A DNA stretch of 61,311 nt, filler included, from Nemertoderma westbladi (lineage: Eukaryota > Animalia > Xenacoelomorpha): NCBI GenBank assembly GCA_032718475.1. It is 3 parts of 3 records of this genome, joined end to end, with 100 filler letters (N's around TTAATTAATTAA, not from the genome) between each part and the next. Parts side by side here need not be neighbours in the genome. Positions count along the whole stretch, not along the records: positions 1 to 22,905 come from JAUCBJ010005110.1; 2 more parts are not named here. One strand, 5' to 3'. This document shows, piece by piece, positions 1 to 11,510 of this stretch. Numbering within the stretch: position 1 is the first letter of the stretch; each line of letters begins with the position of its first letter. A program made the translations under genes and the position numbers. The notes under the pieces are model-generated. The model did no database searches. It was not told the origin of the DNA and saw only the letters and a program-made list of their open reading frames with translations.

Positions 1-696
1 AGAATTTCCTAAACAAAACAAAAATCATTTTAGTACAATTTTACATTTCTATTAAATTTATTTACCTTAAGATATATGTACAGTGGAGCTGGTGGGACAC
101 AGTGGCATGGGTGGAAGGCGGGGTGTCAGAATGTTCTGGCGTGACGAAGGTGTAGTCATTGCTCTTATCTAAATTAACACGAATTTGACTTCCCGATGGG
201 ATTATTTTATTGCGGCACATAATTTATTTGTTTGTGCCACACAATGTAATTAATTTGACACAATGTATAAACCTTTTGACAAAGGATAATAAACAATTCA
301 TTGTTGTATATCAATTGTGGCACATCACATGTGGCACATAATAATTGTAAGTTAATGGCGTTGCGTAACAACCAAGTTTGATAGTTTTTATATTAATAAA
401 CCTTACAAACTGATTGGATTACAAAATATGTAAACGTAAGTAACATTCACTACGAATTATTAATTAATTGCATTATGCATATAAACCTGTTCGAATGGCT
501 TCCATCACTTGATCATAGACAACGCGTTGGTCCTCGTAGAGTTGGTGGCTCATCTGTACATGCATCGACTGCATCTCTTCTACACAAAAATCATGTTGCT
601 CCTATTAATAAAGAATGTTCAGTATTCAGTAAATGTAAGTTCCAACACAAATTAAAAACATAGGATGATGATGATCGGTTTGCACTAAGGTGCAGT

Positions 697-1260
697 GCCG
701 GTGGACCCAGCAACACAGTGCCCCCTACCGGTGGACCCAGCAAAACAGTGCCCCCTACCGGTGGACCCAGCAACACAGTGCCCCCTACCGGTGGACCCAG
801 CAACACAGTGCCCCCTACCGGTGGACCCAGCAACACAGTGCCCCCTACCGGTGGACCCAGCAACACAGTGCCCCCTACCGGTGGACCCAGCAAAACAGTG
901 CCCCCTACCGGTGGACCCAGCAACACAGTGCCCCCTACCGGTGGACCCAGCAACACAGTGCCCCCTACCGGTGGACCCAGCAAAACAGTGCCCCCTACCG
1001 GTGGACCCAGCAACACAGTGCCCCCTACCGGTGGACCCAGCAACACAGTGCCCCCTACCGGTGGACCCAGCAACACAGTGTCCCCTACCGGTGGACCCAG
1101 CAACACAGTGCCCCCTACCGGTGGACCCAGCAACACAGTGCCCCCTACCGGTGGACCCAGCAACACAGTGCCCCCTACCGGTGGACCCAGCAACACAGTG
1201 CCCCTACCGGTGGACCCAGCAACACAGCGCCCCCAACCGGCGGACCCAGCAACATAGCGC
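697..1260. repeat. 30-bp minisatellite (CCCCCTACCGGTGGACCCAGCAACACAGTG)n, about 18 units
   Basis: Near-identical 30-bp units read directly; the ORFs over it are repeat artefacts. Confidence 0.97.
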
Positions 1261-1339
1261 CCTCAGATCTCACGTTATGCTAATAGCATAACTTATAGCT
1301 ATTGAATTGCAATGCTATATCATTGCTATACACTTTCGC

Positions 1340-2130
1340 AGTTCCTAATGCCTGCTCAAGTCCTGTGTCCTTGAGGGAGTGAGTTGCATTTGGGGGAAGT
1401 AATTGGCTGTCCGTAAACCACGTCTAATAACACCAGCGGCCTGTGTCACAAGCACAGCATAAGGTTGTGTACACGTTGAACCTGCCGGCTGAAACAGCGC
1501 GCAGCAAGCTTCAAGCGGCGCCTCCGCAGGGTGATGCTGGGTCTTGGAAATGAGATGTTGCCACAGTTGTATTATAATACCTCATGCTTATGTGTGATCA
1601 GCATCATATGCAACGTTGTGCACCCTTCGAAGCATCATAGAGTATGTACCATCTAAAGACCTGATCGCAGGGTTTTTTTGGCGTTAAATGTGGCGCCAGA
1701 GCCATAGCACATGGCCGTGTAGCCATTGGCAGGAAGCTCGATGGTGGCAGCAGCGCCATCGAATAAAATGTAAGTTAACACAATGTATATATACAATTAA
1801 ATTTTTGTTGGTTAGTTAGTTTTTATAATATTTTTGCTGAGCAGATAAACTACGTCGTAAGCCTAAACTGGTACTACCAGTTAACCAATACGTGGCTAAA
1901 TAGTACTACGGCGGTATTATAGAAAGTTTGGTCATTTGTACATGGCAAATTTCCAAAAAAAAACCCTGCCTGATGGTGCCTTCTTAACTCAACAGTTAGA
2001 GCCAAAGTATGGACTGCCATAGAACGGCACAAGCCCCATATATCACAGCTCTTCCACGCCCTGGATAGCTTGTGGATGGCAGACCAGGTTTTCCATTTGC
2101 GAATTCAGAGATCTTCACCAGAATCCCGAA
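1340..2130 (-). mobile_element. Degenerate 3' fragment of an RTE-type LINE, split by a MITE
   Basis: Minus strand translates to RDSGEDL*IRKWKTWSAIHKLSRAWKS, RSLDGTYSMMLRRVH, PSITLRRRRLKLAARCF..VHNLML and LKDTGLE. These are colinear with the RT C-terminus at 49230-49700 but carry stops and frameshifts. Confidence 0.8.
1668..1968. mobile_element. hAT-like MITE, 301 bp
   Basis: Termini CAGGGTTTTTTTGG and CCAAAAAAAAACCCTG; 8-bp TSD CCTGATCG (1660-1667) / CCTGATGG (1969-1976). Confidence 0.8.
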
Positions 2131-2186
2131 CCCTGATCAACATAGACCTAACAGATCTAACAAACATAGAATAATTTAACAAAGTT

Positions 2187-2633
2187 TTACATATTTAAAA
2201 TAATACCAACCTGTACAATCTTTAGCACCAGTGAATTACTCTCCTCGTTCCTAATTTCATGAGCGCGGTGTCTTTCAGGTTGCGTGGGAGTGGGGAGACC
2301 AAAATCAGCCAGGGTCTTACGTACTCCCATCTGGAGTTTAGATTCAAGGTCAAGGAGGATAAAGATACGTAGTTCATAGTCGGTGGAAGAGGGGAACGAT
2401 CGGCGAAAATCGTGTGTCCATTCATGTTGATGTAACTCGAATAAATCAAGGGGATTCTTTAGATTTACATTCATTAGCAGAATAGCAAATGTCGTTCGTA
2501 TGGAATGGCAAAGTTGAGTAGAGTTTGCCTCAGTCAATACCATTTCCCACTCGCCGTCATCCTGCAGTAGCCCTAGTTTACAGCAAACTGCCTTAAAGGT
2601 TGGTTGAACCTCACCTTGAACTGTGAGCATGTC
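2187..2633 (-). CDS. Helitron Rep exon 6 (Rep-helicase linker; last recognisable exon)
   Basis: DMLTVQG..TFKAVCCKLGLLQDDGEW..LADFGLPTP; runs to a stop at 2187 or uses a possible donor after 2211. Confidence 0.8.
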   Translation of the reverse strand, partial: DMLTVQGEVQPTFKAVCCKLGLLQDDGEWEMVLTEANSTQLCHSIRTTFAILLMNVNLKNPLDLFELHQHEWTHDFRRSFPSSTDYELRIFILLDLESKLQMGVRKTLADFGLPTPTQPERHRAHEIRNEESNSLVLKIVQVGIILNM

Positions 2634-2960
2634 CTAAAATGTAATACTTAATTTTATTTAAAGCTCTTGAAAATTATTTATTTTGAAGTATAATTTTCAT
2701 ACGCAGCCCTTACAATACGTGTTTGGAACCTGTAATTACAATTAGCCCCCCCCCCCCCCTCACACTACCTTTCGAAAAATATGGCAAAAGATTCAAAGGC
2801 AAATATCCGCCATTTTATGAAAATAAGGTACAAGGTTTCGCGTCATATGGGAATTAGGAAGATTTTATATGGTACGTAATAATATATGTTTGTAATATAA
2901 TTTGTAAGTAATTTATATGGTAATATAATATGGTATGTAATTTGGAAAACTTGGACATAC

Positions 2961-4115
2961 CTGAAAACTGGTACGTCCTTTTGAGTGGTCGTTGTGGAGC
3001 AGAATTCTAAGGTAGAACTCGTCTCCGGCCAAAGGATGCACAGTATGAATCCTCCCCACAGTTCGTCCATGTTTACGTGGGTGCCACACTTTTGTTATTC
3101 TATTAAACGAATAGGTTTTTGGGAAGTCGATGTACCGTACGAGAGTACCTGGGTTGTTCGCATTGTATTTGAAGAACGCCGTCAGTTCAGTATCTTTTGA
3201 ACCACTATTGATCACTTGTTCGACGTTTTCTTCTTCAAATACAATAACTTGTTCGTTCTCCAAGTGCACACGCAATGCCTGTACTGGAGGCAGCTGTTTC
3301 GTTATTTCGAATCCCAGAGTTCGCCACGCTGCCTCAGGTGAGCCGATGTATCGGAGGTTCTGGTATTGCTGTATCTCGTCCACATCTGCAGCAGCTACCA
3401 TAAGTCGGTCGCCTCCTTTGTGAATGTATTTAAATAAATATTTCACTGTATGAGGCGACACACAGATCTCGACGTTTATGTGACACTCGAATTTTAGCAG
3501 TAGATATGGAGAATATGGCACTATCCATCTGCTATCGATAGTTCTTCCATTATGTTCCACACAACGACCCGGGCGGCGACGATACTCGGGATAATACGCA
3601 GTTTCCATCCAGTTGGTGTAGGCGCAATAAGGCTTCGGAAAACCTTTCTTGCACATGGCCGAAGAACGGTCTTGGCGACAAATGGGACTGCAGGAATGGG
3701 TCATGCAGTTTAAAACCAGATGAAGGAGACGCTCAGCCTGGTCTCGTTGAAGCCCTTCTGGGAAGTCGTTTGGATCAGGAGGAAGTTCCGCACAGATAAA
3801 TCCATCTACATCGTCGGCAGTATTGAAACGATCAGAAGCGGCTAAAATTGCCAGAATATGACCGTGAGGGAGACCCCGTTTCTGAAATTCCACACAGTGA
3901 GTTCTACCCACCATTTCACCACAGAACATGGATACCCAAAGTTCGTGCAGAAGACCATTTAGCTTCATCCGAAAGACACGAGAAACTATATCTGGGCGAT
4001 CGGCTGCCACTTGACCTGGTAGAAGTGACTCCTGGATCTCAGGCCAATTGGTATTACATGTCATTGTTATGAACAAGTCAGGCTTCTTGAACTCCCGACA
4101 TATCGCCATGGCATC
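2961..4115 (-). CDS. Helitron Rep exon 5, HUH endonuclease catalytic core
   Basis: Motif 1 PDLFITMTCN, motif 2 VEFQKRGLPHGHIL (HUH), motif 3 KYLFKYIHKG (YxxxY); AG/GT borders; 1155 nt. Confidence 0.93.
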
Positions 4116-4272
4116 CTGAAATAACAATACTTCTGTGGTAGATACACTGTGGCAGAGCCATAACACAAAGTTTCACGCAAGCTTGACCCCCCCCCCCCCC
4201 CCCCCCCCCTAATGTTTGACATACTTTATGAACAACCCACATTGATCATACCTACCACACGGATCTGCGCAC

Positions 4273-4686
4273 TAGTGTTTAAACGGAATCAGCCTTTTCG
4301 GGATTTCCGGGATCGGAACCGGGAATATCACTTTCGGGATCCCTTTTATCGGGATCAGGATTGCAATTTTGGGTAAAATTCCTCAAAATTAATAGTATGT
4401 GGCGGGATTTGGATAACAGTCACTTTATCTTACACTTGAGAAATATTAGTAAGATAAAGTTATATGAAAATTATCTTACAATTGATTACTGGATGTTTTA
4501 CTAAATAAAAAGTATATAATAATCAACAAATTACCGTTCTGCTGGAAGTATTTATCAGATATTCAACAAATTTACCTAACTATATTTATTTCGGAATCCC
4601 GGACAAAAAGTTCGGGATCGGGATCGGGACCAGGATTGCATTTTTCGAGGGGATCCCGGTTTTTCGGGATAGGGATCCCGTTTAAA
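4273..4686. mobile_element. hAT-like MITE in Helitron intron 4
   Basis: Termini TAGTGTTTAAACGGAATC and GATCCCGTTTAAA (right end clipped); subterminal CGGGAT repeats; flanks CTGCGCAC / CTGCGCAG. Confidence 0.65.
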
Positions 4687-5966
4687 CTGCGCAGCTTAGT
4701 TTAAACTATAAAGTGATACTTTACGATTCACACAAATCTAAAGTAATAATAATATAATATACAGTTATTTTTAAAAGGCCCTTTTCTGCTAAGGTTCAAA
4801 GGCCCAACTGCGGGTAAATACACAGAAAATATCAGATAATAAAATTTTTTATTTGAAGCTTGAAGGCCCTATCGAATAAACATGTTTTCAATTGTCGTTT
4901 GAATGAGTCCAAATTTTAGGAAGTACTTAAACTGAGTGGAAGGCTGTTAAATACAACAAAGAAAATTCAGAATCCAGTACACAAAAATCAATGTGTTCGA
5001 TTATTCAAGTTTATTATTCATTTTCAAATCGACGTAGAATAAAGTAAAAAATATAATATTGGCTATGAGGTACTACATAAAATTAAAATAATTATGTAAA
5101 AAATTTTAGAAACTTGTGTTGATGTTTATGTTTTCTACATTTATGTAAAATTTTATATTGTTAATGATCTTCAGTGTGAATAATTTTTCGTATTTACATG
5201 AATTTTAATTCAGTTGCTTATGTCCAAAAGTAAAAATTATAAAAATATTAAAACAGCGTGAAATAAAGTAGCAGTATTCTTACGTATGATTTCTACGCTC
5301 ACTTTGAGGTAGGCCTGTGCAGAAAGTCAACCATTATGTTCTTTACCCGTACGGCGTACAACAGGCCATAAGACCACAATACAGAATGCGATAATTGTTC
5401 CAGCATCTGATACCGGTGTCATTGTTTTAGTATACCTACGATTTCTGTATTCTGCTGGGCTGTAGACTGTTACTGGCGTGGCAGTATGGACAGGACATAC
5501 CTGTATCTAGGTGCTACTTTATTTAATTACATCAATTTATGACGTTTACTTTATTACATTTTACACGTTCGTGGGGCCTTCGCGCAGCACGAGATACAGC
5601 TAGCAGTTAGCCGACTCTAAATTTCGATAAATTTGTAGAATTGCTAAACATTTGACAGAATACAAGTGTTAAAAACTGTCCGACATACAGGTAATAATAG
5701 CGGTCACCAAAATTTATAAAGTACCTTGAATGAAGTACCTATTTATGAAGTATTTGACAGAGATGTTGCTGAGATATTGCAGCTCAAAATGAGACGACGA
5801 CAGACAACTCATTAATGGTACAACCATGCTAAGGCTTCGCTCAGTTCGTGGCTCGCCCCACATAACATCAAACATATCCGAATAATATAAATTGACAGGT
5901 TTCAGGTTTGTTTTTATTCCAATATAAATGCGAAACTTTCTGATTTAATAAATTATAACCAAATAC

Positions 5967-6195
5967 CTGAAAGTGGGAGTGCATGTATCGAGGGCTGCCG
6001 ACATGAGATGGTGGAAGGATAATGAGTTTACCCAGACGGAGGTTCTCGTTGCTGTCACTTGAGTGGATGGCGTCGTACAATCTTCCGTACTTGTCAGCCC
6101 GTAATTTTTTCTGATTGGTATAATAATAATATAATTCTTGATTCTCGATTTTGGCCAAGGCAAGACACAGATATTCCTGGAAAAGTCGAGCTCCC
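5967..6195 (-). CDS. Helitron Rep exon 4
   Basis: GARLFQEYL..AKIE..NQKKLRAD..GKLIILPPSHVGSPRYM; donor CAG|GTATTT, phase 0. Confidence 0.87.
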
Positions 6196-6439
6196 CTAAA
6201 AAAAATAATGTATAAATATTAAATATGTTAGGTCGTGGTGGTGGTAATACAAATAATAAAATAAAGAGACACAAAACAAGTTGCCTAATTTTATCTCAAT
6301 CCATTTACTACTATTAATATAAAAGATTTAAGCAGATAATATATTACATTTGCTGTAGTTTATTCGTAATATACAGTTTGTTTATGTGTATTAGCGCAAT
6401 GAAACAGTGTCGCTTTAGTACGGCACACTATAGACTTAC

Positions 6440-6683
6440 CAGTGTAGAGGGTTGAAAGTTATATGTCCTTGGTTGAATCGAATTTGTAAATGGTAGTGGT
6501 AGAATGCGCGACATGCAACCCCGCTATCCGGATGCCAGCCATCATTTCCAGTTGGAAAAAACAGAGTGAAATGTAATGGATCATATCCTCGATTGGTATC
6601 TGAGATACTTTCAGTGTGATTGCCTGGACCACGCAGTGTGATAACGAAATCGCGTTTCCTATGGCGACTGTCATCCATTACAA
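6440..6683 (-). CDS. Helitron Rep exon 3
   Basis: RDFVI..YDPLHFTLFFPTGNDGWH; donor GTAAGT, phase 2. Confidence 0.85.
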
Positions 6684-6853
6684 CTATAACATGGGAATTT
6701 TTAATATAAAGTAAAAATAAATAAACGGGGAATAACCAAAGTATACTTATACAATGAACTATTTACTATGAAATAACTTCGTAGTATGTAAAAGTTAAAA
6801 GTAAAAAATATTAAATAGAACACAAATTGTTAGTTAATTTGGCGTACGGGTAC

Positions 6854-7246
6854 CTGAAACTTCTTTTAATCCTATTGGAGCATTGAAGCGTCTCTCATGT
6901 TCTCCTGCTGGTCGGCGACTTCCATCAATTATTAGGGACATGGTGTCTGGACTTTGCTCTTGCACAAGTTCGGCTGCAATCTTGAAATCCTGAACAAACC
7001 GGTTGCAGGATGCCAGAACATTTTGTAGATTGCTCAGGAGGTTCTGTAGGATCGGTTTCTCCCAATCAGCAACACCAGCAGGGAGAACCATGTTGGAGAA
7101 ACGTAACTCCGCCTCCTTGTCAGCGTGTTCTGGATCGAGCACATAGAGCTGAGCGAAACATAGTGGGGAGTCATCGCTCGGTCGAAGCGGGCCCATTCGC
7201 ACAGCCACCTTCCCTTGTATAATCACAGAAGGGGCGTAGTGTCCAC
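6854..7246 (-). CDS. Helitron Rep exon 2
   Basis: TAG acceptor; IIQGKV..FAQLYVLDPE..GEHERRFNAP; 393 nt keeps phase 1. Confidence 0.85.
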
Positions 7247-8096
7247 CTATTAAAAAATATATACGCGTTGATTTCCATAATTAATTATTACGCATAAACT
7301 AAACGTAGTTTTAAAGGCATTGAATGAAAATATATTAAATAATTAAATGAATTAAATATATTAAATAATTAAATGAATTAAATATTTTAATGTTTCAGTA
7401 CATAAAATATATAATTAGAAAATTAATTCCTTTACACAGCACAAATTTTTATTGTTTAAAATTAACTTAATACGATTATAGAACTAATTACTACCGGTAG
7501 TACATATCGCATTAAAAATATTTCATAATTAAATACCAGTGGCTATTATTACAGCACAAGTGCCGGTACGATTTAAAATGAGTTTAAAAACACAAAATGT
7601 TTAAAATAACGTTTACCAACATGGCAACATGGGGTGAAAATGATTTAACATATGTCTAGAATACCGGTACCTGAATTGGTTTTGCACTGTGCTTATTTAT
7701 GCCTACTACCCCTCAACCCTGCACAATCAACACTTCAGAACAGTGGTTGTTTTTAACTGTACCGTTACCGTAATTATTTTTAAAAAAGCATGGCCTAACA
7801 GCCTAACTATCTGCATATAATTGTATATCATGTGTTTTTAACGCAGTTCATTAACTGCTTTTAATTAATATCTTATCCTCATTGAATAGAATATTATAAA
7901 TAATAAACATTGAATATAATAAAAATTCCGGTACCGGTATATACGTCAGGCAGTCCGGTCAGCCGGTGTAACGATTGAAATAAAAGAGTAATATTAGAAG
8001 AATGCTGAATGCTGTTTTATTTACCGGTAGGCCTTACAGCTTTATTATTTATGAATATTATTATTTTATATACAGCAAAACAAAACTTAGGCATAC

Positions 8097-8745
8097 CTCT
8101 TAACTGGGGCTGTTTAACTTGAACGGAAGCCATGGATAAAGCGTTGTTGATCTGGCGGCTTCTCTTCTTAAACACCCTTGAATAGTCGTCAGAACTTGTC
8201 CAAAGAGTGCGGAAGACTTCAGGTGTATCCTGAAATATATCAGGAAGGCACGATTTCCCGCTACTGCAGCACATCGCCGATCTTGAAATCTCGTCATGCC
8301 AACGAACCGCGTAACAATGTTGGCAGGTAGCATTTGGCCGTGTTGGTGCCCCTTGAGGTGTCGTTAAGGAGCCCAGATTAATGTAAAATACATGTAGAAA
8401 ATCGCCCCCCGTACCAAGAATGCGATCCGCATTTCTACCAATGTATTTGCTGCGGGGTTGTCGCCTACGAACGATAGCAAGATCTCGATTTAATGTTTGT
8501 CGATCATGACGTTGCTGAGCAGTTTCACTGCCACGCCTTATTGCAGTTGCAACCCTAACCGCTGTCTGGCGAGTTGCCCGTTCCGTGGCAGATTCCAAAG
8601 CTCGCACTGTTGCAGTTGCAACTCGATCCGATGTCCGGCGAATTTCCCGATCGACATGATTTTCTAATGCTCTCGTTATCGCAACCCTGGAAGCATCTCG
8701 GTTCTTCTTTCTATATGTCAGTCTGGCTCTCTTTTTCGGAGGCAT
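8097..8745 (-). CDS. Helitron Rep exon 1 (basic N-terminus, Zn-finger CQHC...CCSSGK)
   Basis: ATG at 8745; CxxC-x-CC Helitron N-terminal motif; donor G|GTATG, phase 1. Confidence 0.85.
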
Positions 8746-9454
8746 TATCTGATTATAGCAGTACAGCAGTAGCGCCGTACCGGTCTGCCGCCTGCCGGTA
8801 GTCGTAGAGTCGAACCGGTAGTGTACCGGTAATACAATACACTAACACTGAACACTAGTACAGTTCAGACAGATCAGTTACCCTAGTTAGCTTAATCGTA
8901 ATATACCTGACTGCCTGAATCAGTGAATACTGTAATACCGGTACCGGCTGACCGGCCCAGTCTGATAAGTCAGTAAGTGCAGCAATGCATGTCCGATGCA
9001 ATACTAACAAAATGCCTACGGCCTAGGCTGCTATGCCTACCGCGCTACCGTCTGACCGGGGAACCTAAAAAATAAAATTACCGTTCCGTTATCACTGTAC
9101 CGGTACAGAAACAACGACAGCATTTCGGCATAGGCCTAATTCTGTAATATGCATTACCGGTACCGGAACAGTACTGCAGTACAGCATTATGCAGTTATGC
9201 CCGCCTGCCTGTACAAACGTGGATCAGCTGGAATAATGGTTTGACATTTTATGGGTAGCAGCTAACACTGATTTGCGGGATAAAACGGCGTTAAAACGAA
9301 AATAACGCCTGTAAATTTCAAGAAAATGTCGCGTTGCAACGTCCGAAGTCGGGCCGGTTCCGAAACTGTCACAATCGCGATAAATGGTAGAGATGAGGCG
9401 AAACGTATAAGCGAACAGACAAACACACGCGAGATTTTTATATAGATAGATATA

Positions 9455-11510
9455 CTAGAAAGCCTGTGGCCCTTCGGGCCACAGCTTTCTAGTGCACGTG
9501 CAGATGATATATGAATATGTGTGGGAGATTTGAGAACTGCATACGGAACAGACACCATCATTAAATAAAACACCACCCCCATAAGAGATAACTGTCAAGT
9601 TTCAACTTTAGGCAGATTGTAAATATCAAAATTTCCAGAAAATGATCACTTTCAGATCCACCCTCTACCTGCGGACTGGTGAAATGCAGACGGCGCTGCA
9701 GTTTGGTAAAGATGGGGTTTATGGTGAAGTAAAATGCCTGCCTTTCAAGTTTCAGCTTAAACAGATTGTAAATAACAAAATTGGTGTAGATGTTCACATT
9801 CAGACATTTCACCCTCTAGCGGTAGACTGAAGAACTGTAGACGACTCTGGGACTCCGTAAAGATACAGAATATGCTGTAGTAGATTCCTGCCAAGTTCCA
9901 GCTCAATAGGATTAAAAAGAACCAAATGGGATGAGGTGTTCACTATCAGATATGTCGCCCTCTAGCGGCAGATGGGGGGACTGTATACAACTCTGTGACT
10001 CCGTAAAGGTACAGCCTATGCTGTAGTAGATGCCTACCAAGTTTCAGTCTAAACCGTTAGTAAATAACAAAGTTGGAGAAGATGTTAACTTTCAGACATT
10101 TCACCCTCTAGCGGTAGACTGGGGAAGTGAATAGGATTCTGCAACCCCGTAAAGATACAGCCTATGATGTAGTAGATACCAACCAAGTTTCAGCTCAAAA
10201 TGATTAAAAAGAACCAAATGGGATGAGGTATTCACTATCAGAAAATTCGCCCTCTAGCGGCTGACTGTAGAACTGTAGACGACTCTACTACTCCGCAAAG
10301 ATATAGCCTATGCTATAGTAGATGCCTACCAAGTTTCAGTATAAAAGGATTGTAAATAAGAAAGTTGGAGGAGATGTTAACTTTCATACATTTCGCCCTC
10401 TAGAGGCAGACGCGGGTAATGTAGACAACTCTGCGCGACTCAGTAAAGATATAGCCTATGCTGTAGTAGATGCCTACCAAGTTCAGTCTAAATGGATTAT
10501 AAATAACAAAGTTGGAGAAGATGTTAACTTTCAGACATTTCGCCCTCTAGCGGTAGACTGGGGAATTGTAGACGACTCTGCCACTCAGTAAAGATACAGC
10601 CTATGCTGCAGTATATAGCTACCAAGTTTCAGCTCAAAAGCATTAAAAACAACCCAATGAGATCAGGTTTTCACTATCGGACAATTCGCCCTCTAGCGGC
10701 AGATGGGGGAACTTCAGACGGCTCTGAGTATTACGTTGCAACGAGTTAGGGCGAGACCTATCTAACGAGCTATAGTAAGCGAGATTTCATGGAGATTAGA
10801 TGTATAATATTAGATAAAATAATAATACAGTAAGTATATGTAGGCCTACAGAAATAATTATTTTACTTTTAATATTCATAACAGTAAAACAAAAATGTTA
10901 TAACCCTCTCCTTCCATGCAGCCAATGATTGAGAAAGCAGAATTACTCTTGAGCAATTCGCAATAGACAACCCAAACCCACCCCAATCAACACTCCAGCC
11001 TGCTTGCTCCTTATCTGTGCCCAGCCAGCTAGCTGTGAGTTCAATAATTACCTTAACGTTGCTATGATACAGAAAAAAATCCTTCCCTATTCAATAAGAA
11101 TAGGCCAATTCGATCGTGCTTGGCGAATATGACATATTTATACACTATTTGCTTTTTAATCAATAAATAATCATACATATTTATATTAAACACTCGAATA
11201 AAATAAAAACTTTGTGAGAATGGGACACGGCGAATCTACCCATGTTAATTTTATACCAGGTGGGATAAATGTTAGCCCTCTAAATCATTAATTACCGATA
11301 GAAGAACCGAAATAATTCGATAAATTTCGCCCGAAAATCACGAAAATCGCCCAGCGGCAGACGGGCGAACTTCCGACGGCTCTGAGTATTACGTTGCAAC
11401 GAGTTAGGGCGAGACCTTTCTAACGAGATATAGCAAGCGAGATTTCATCGAGATGGGTTCGATTGTATAGCCGATGACAAACACACAGACAGACAATCGA
11501 TATTTATATA
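9455..11510 (-). mobile_element. Non-autonomous Helitron, copy 1
   Basis: 3' hairpin CTGTGGCCCGAAGGGCCACAG then GCTTTCTAG|T; TATATAAAT/TGTC-rich 5' end; internal 146-bp repeats. Confidence 0.85.
9740..10740. repeat. 146-bp tandem repeat (two mixed subtypes) inside Helitron copy 1
   Basis: CCAAGTTTCAG and CCCTCTAGCGG anchors recur every 145-148 bp. Confidence 0.9.

Larger units (their letters stand above)
2187..9450 (-). mobile_element. Helitron with spliced Rep gene, 3'-truncated (no helicase, no 3' hairpin-CTAG seen)
   Basis: 5' end A|TCTATCTATATAAAAATCTCGCGTGTGTTTGTC at about 9450 on the minus strand; six in-frame Rep exons follow. Confidence 0.85.

Noticed and set aside
591-1291. ORFs over the 30-bp repeat (mucin-like [10 protein letters not shown])
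   Set aside because: Four frames are open because of the repeat; no signal peptide or supported exon structure.
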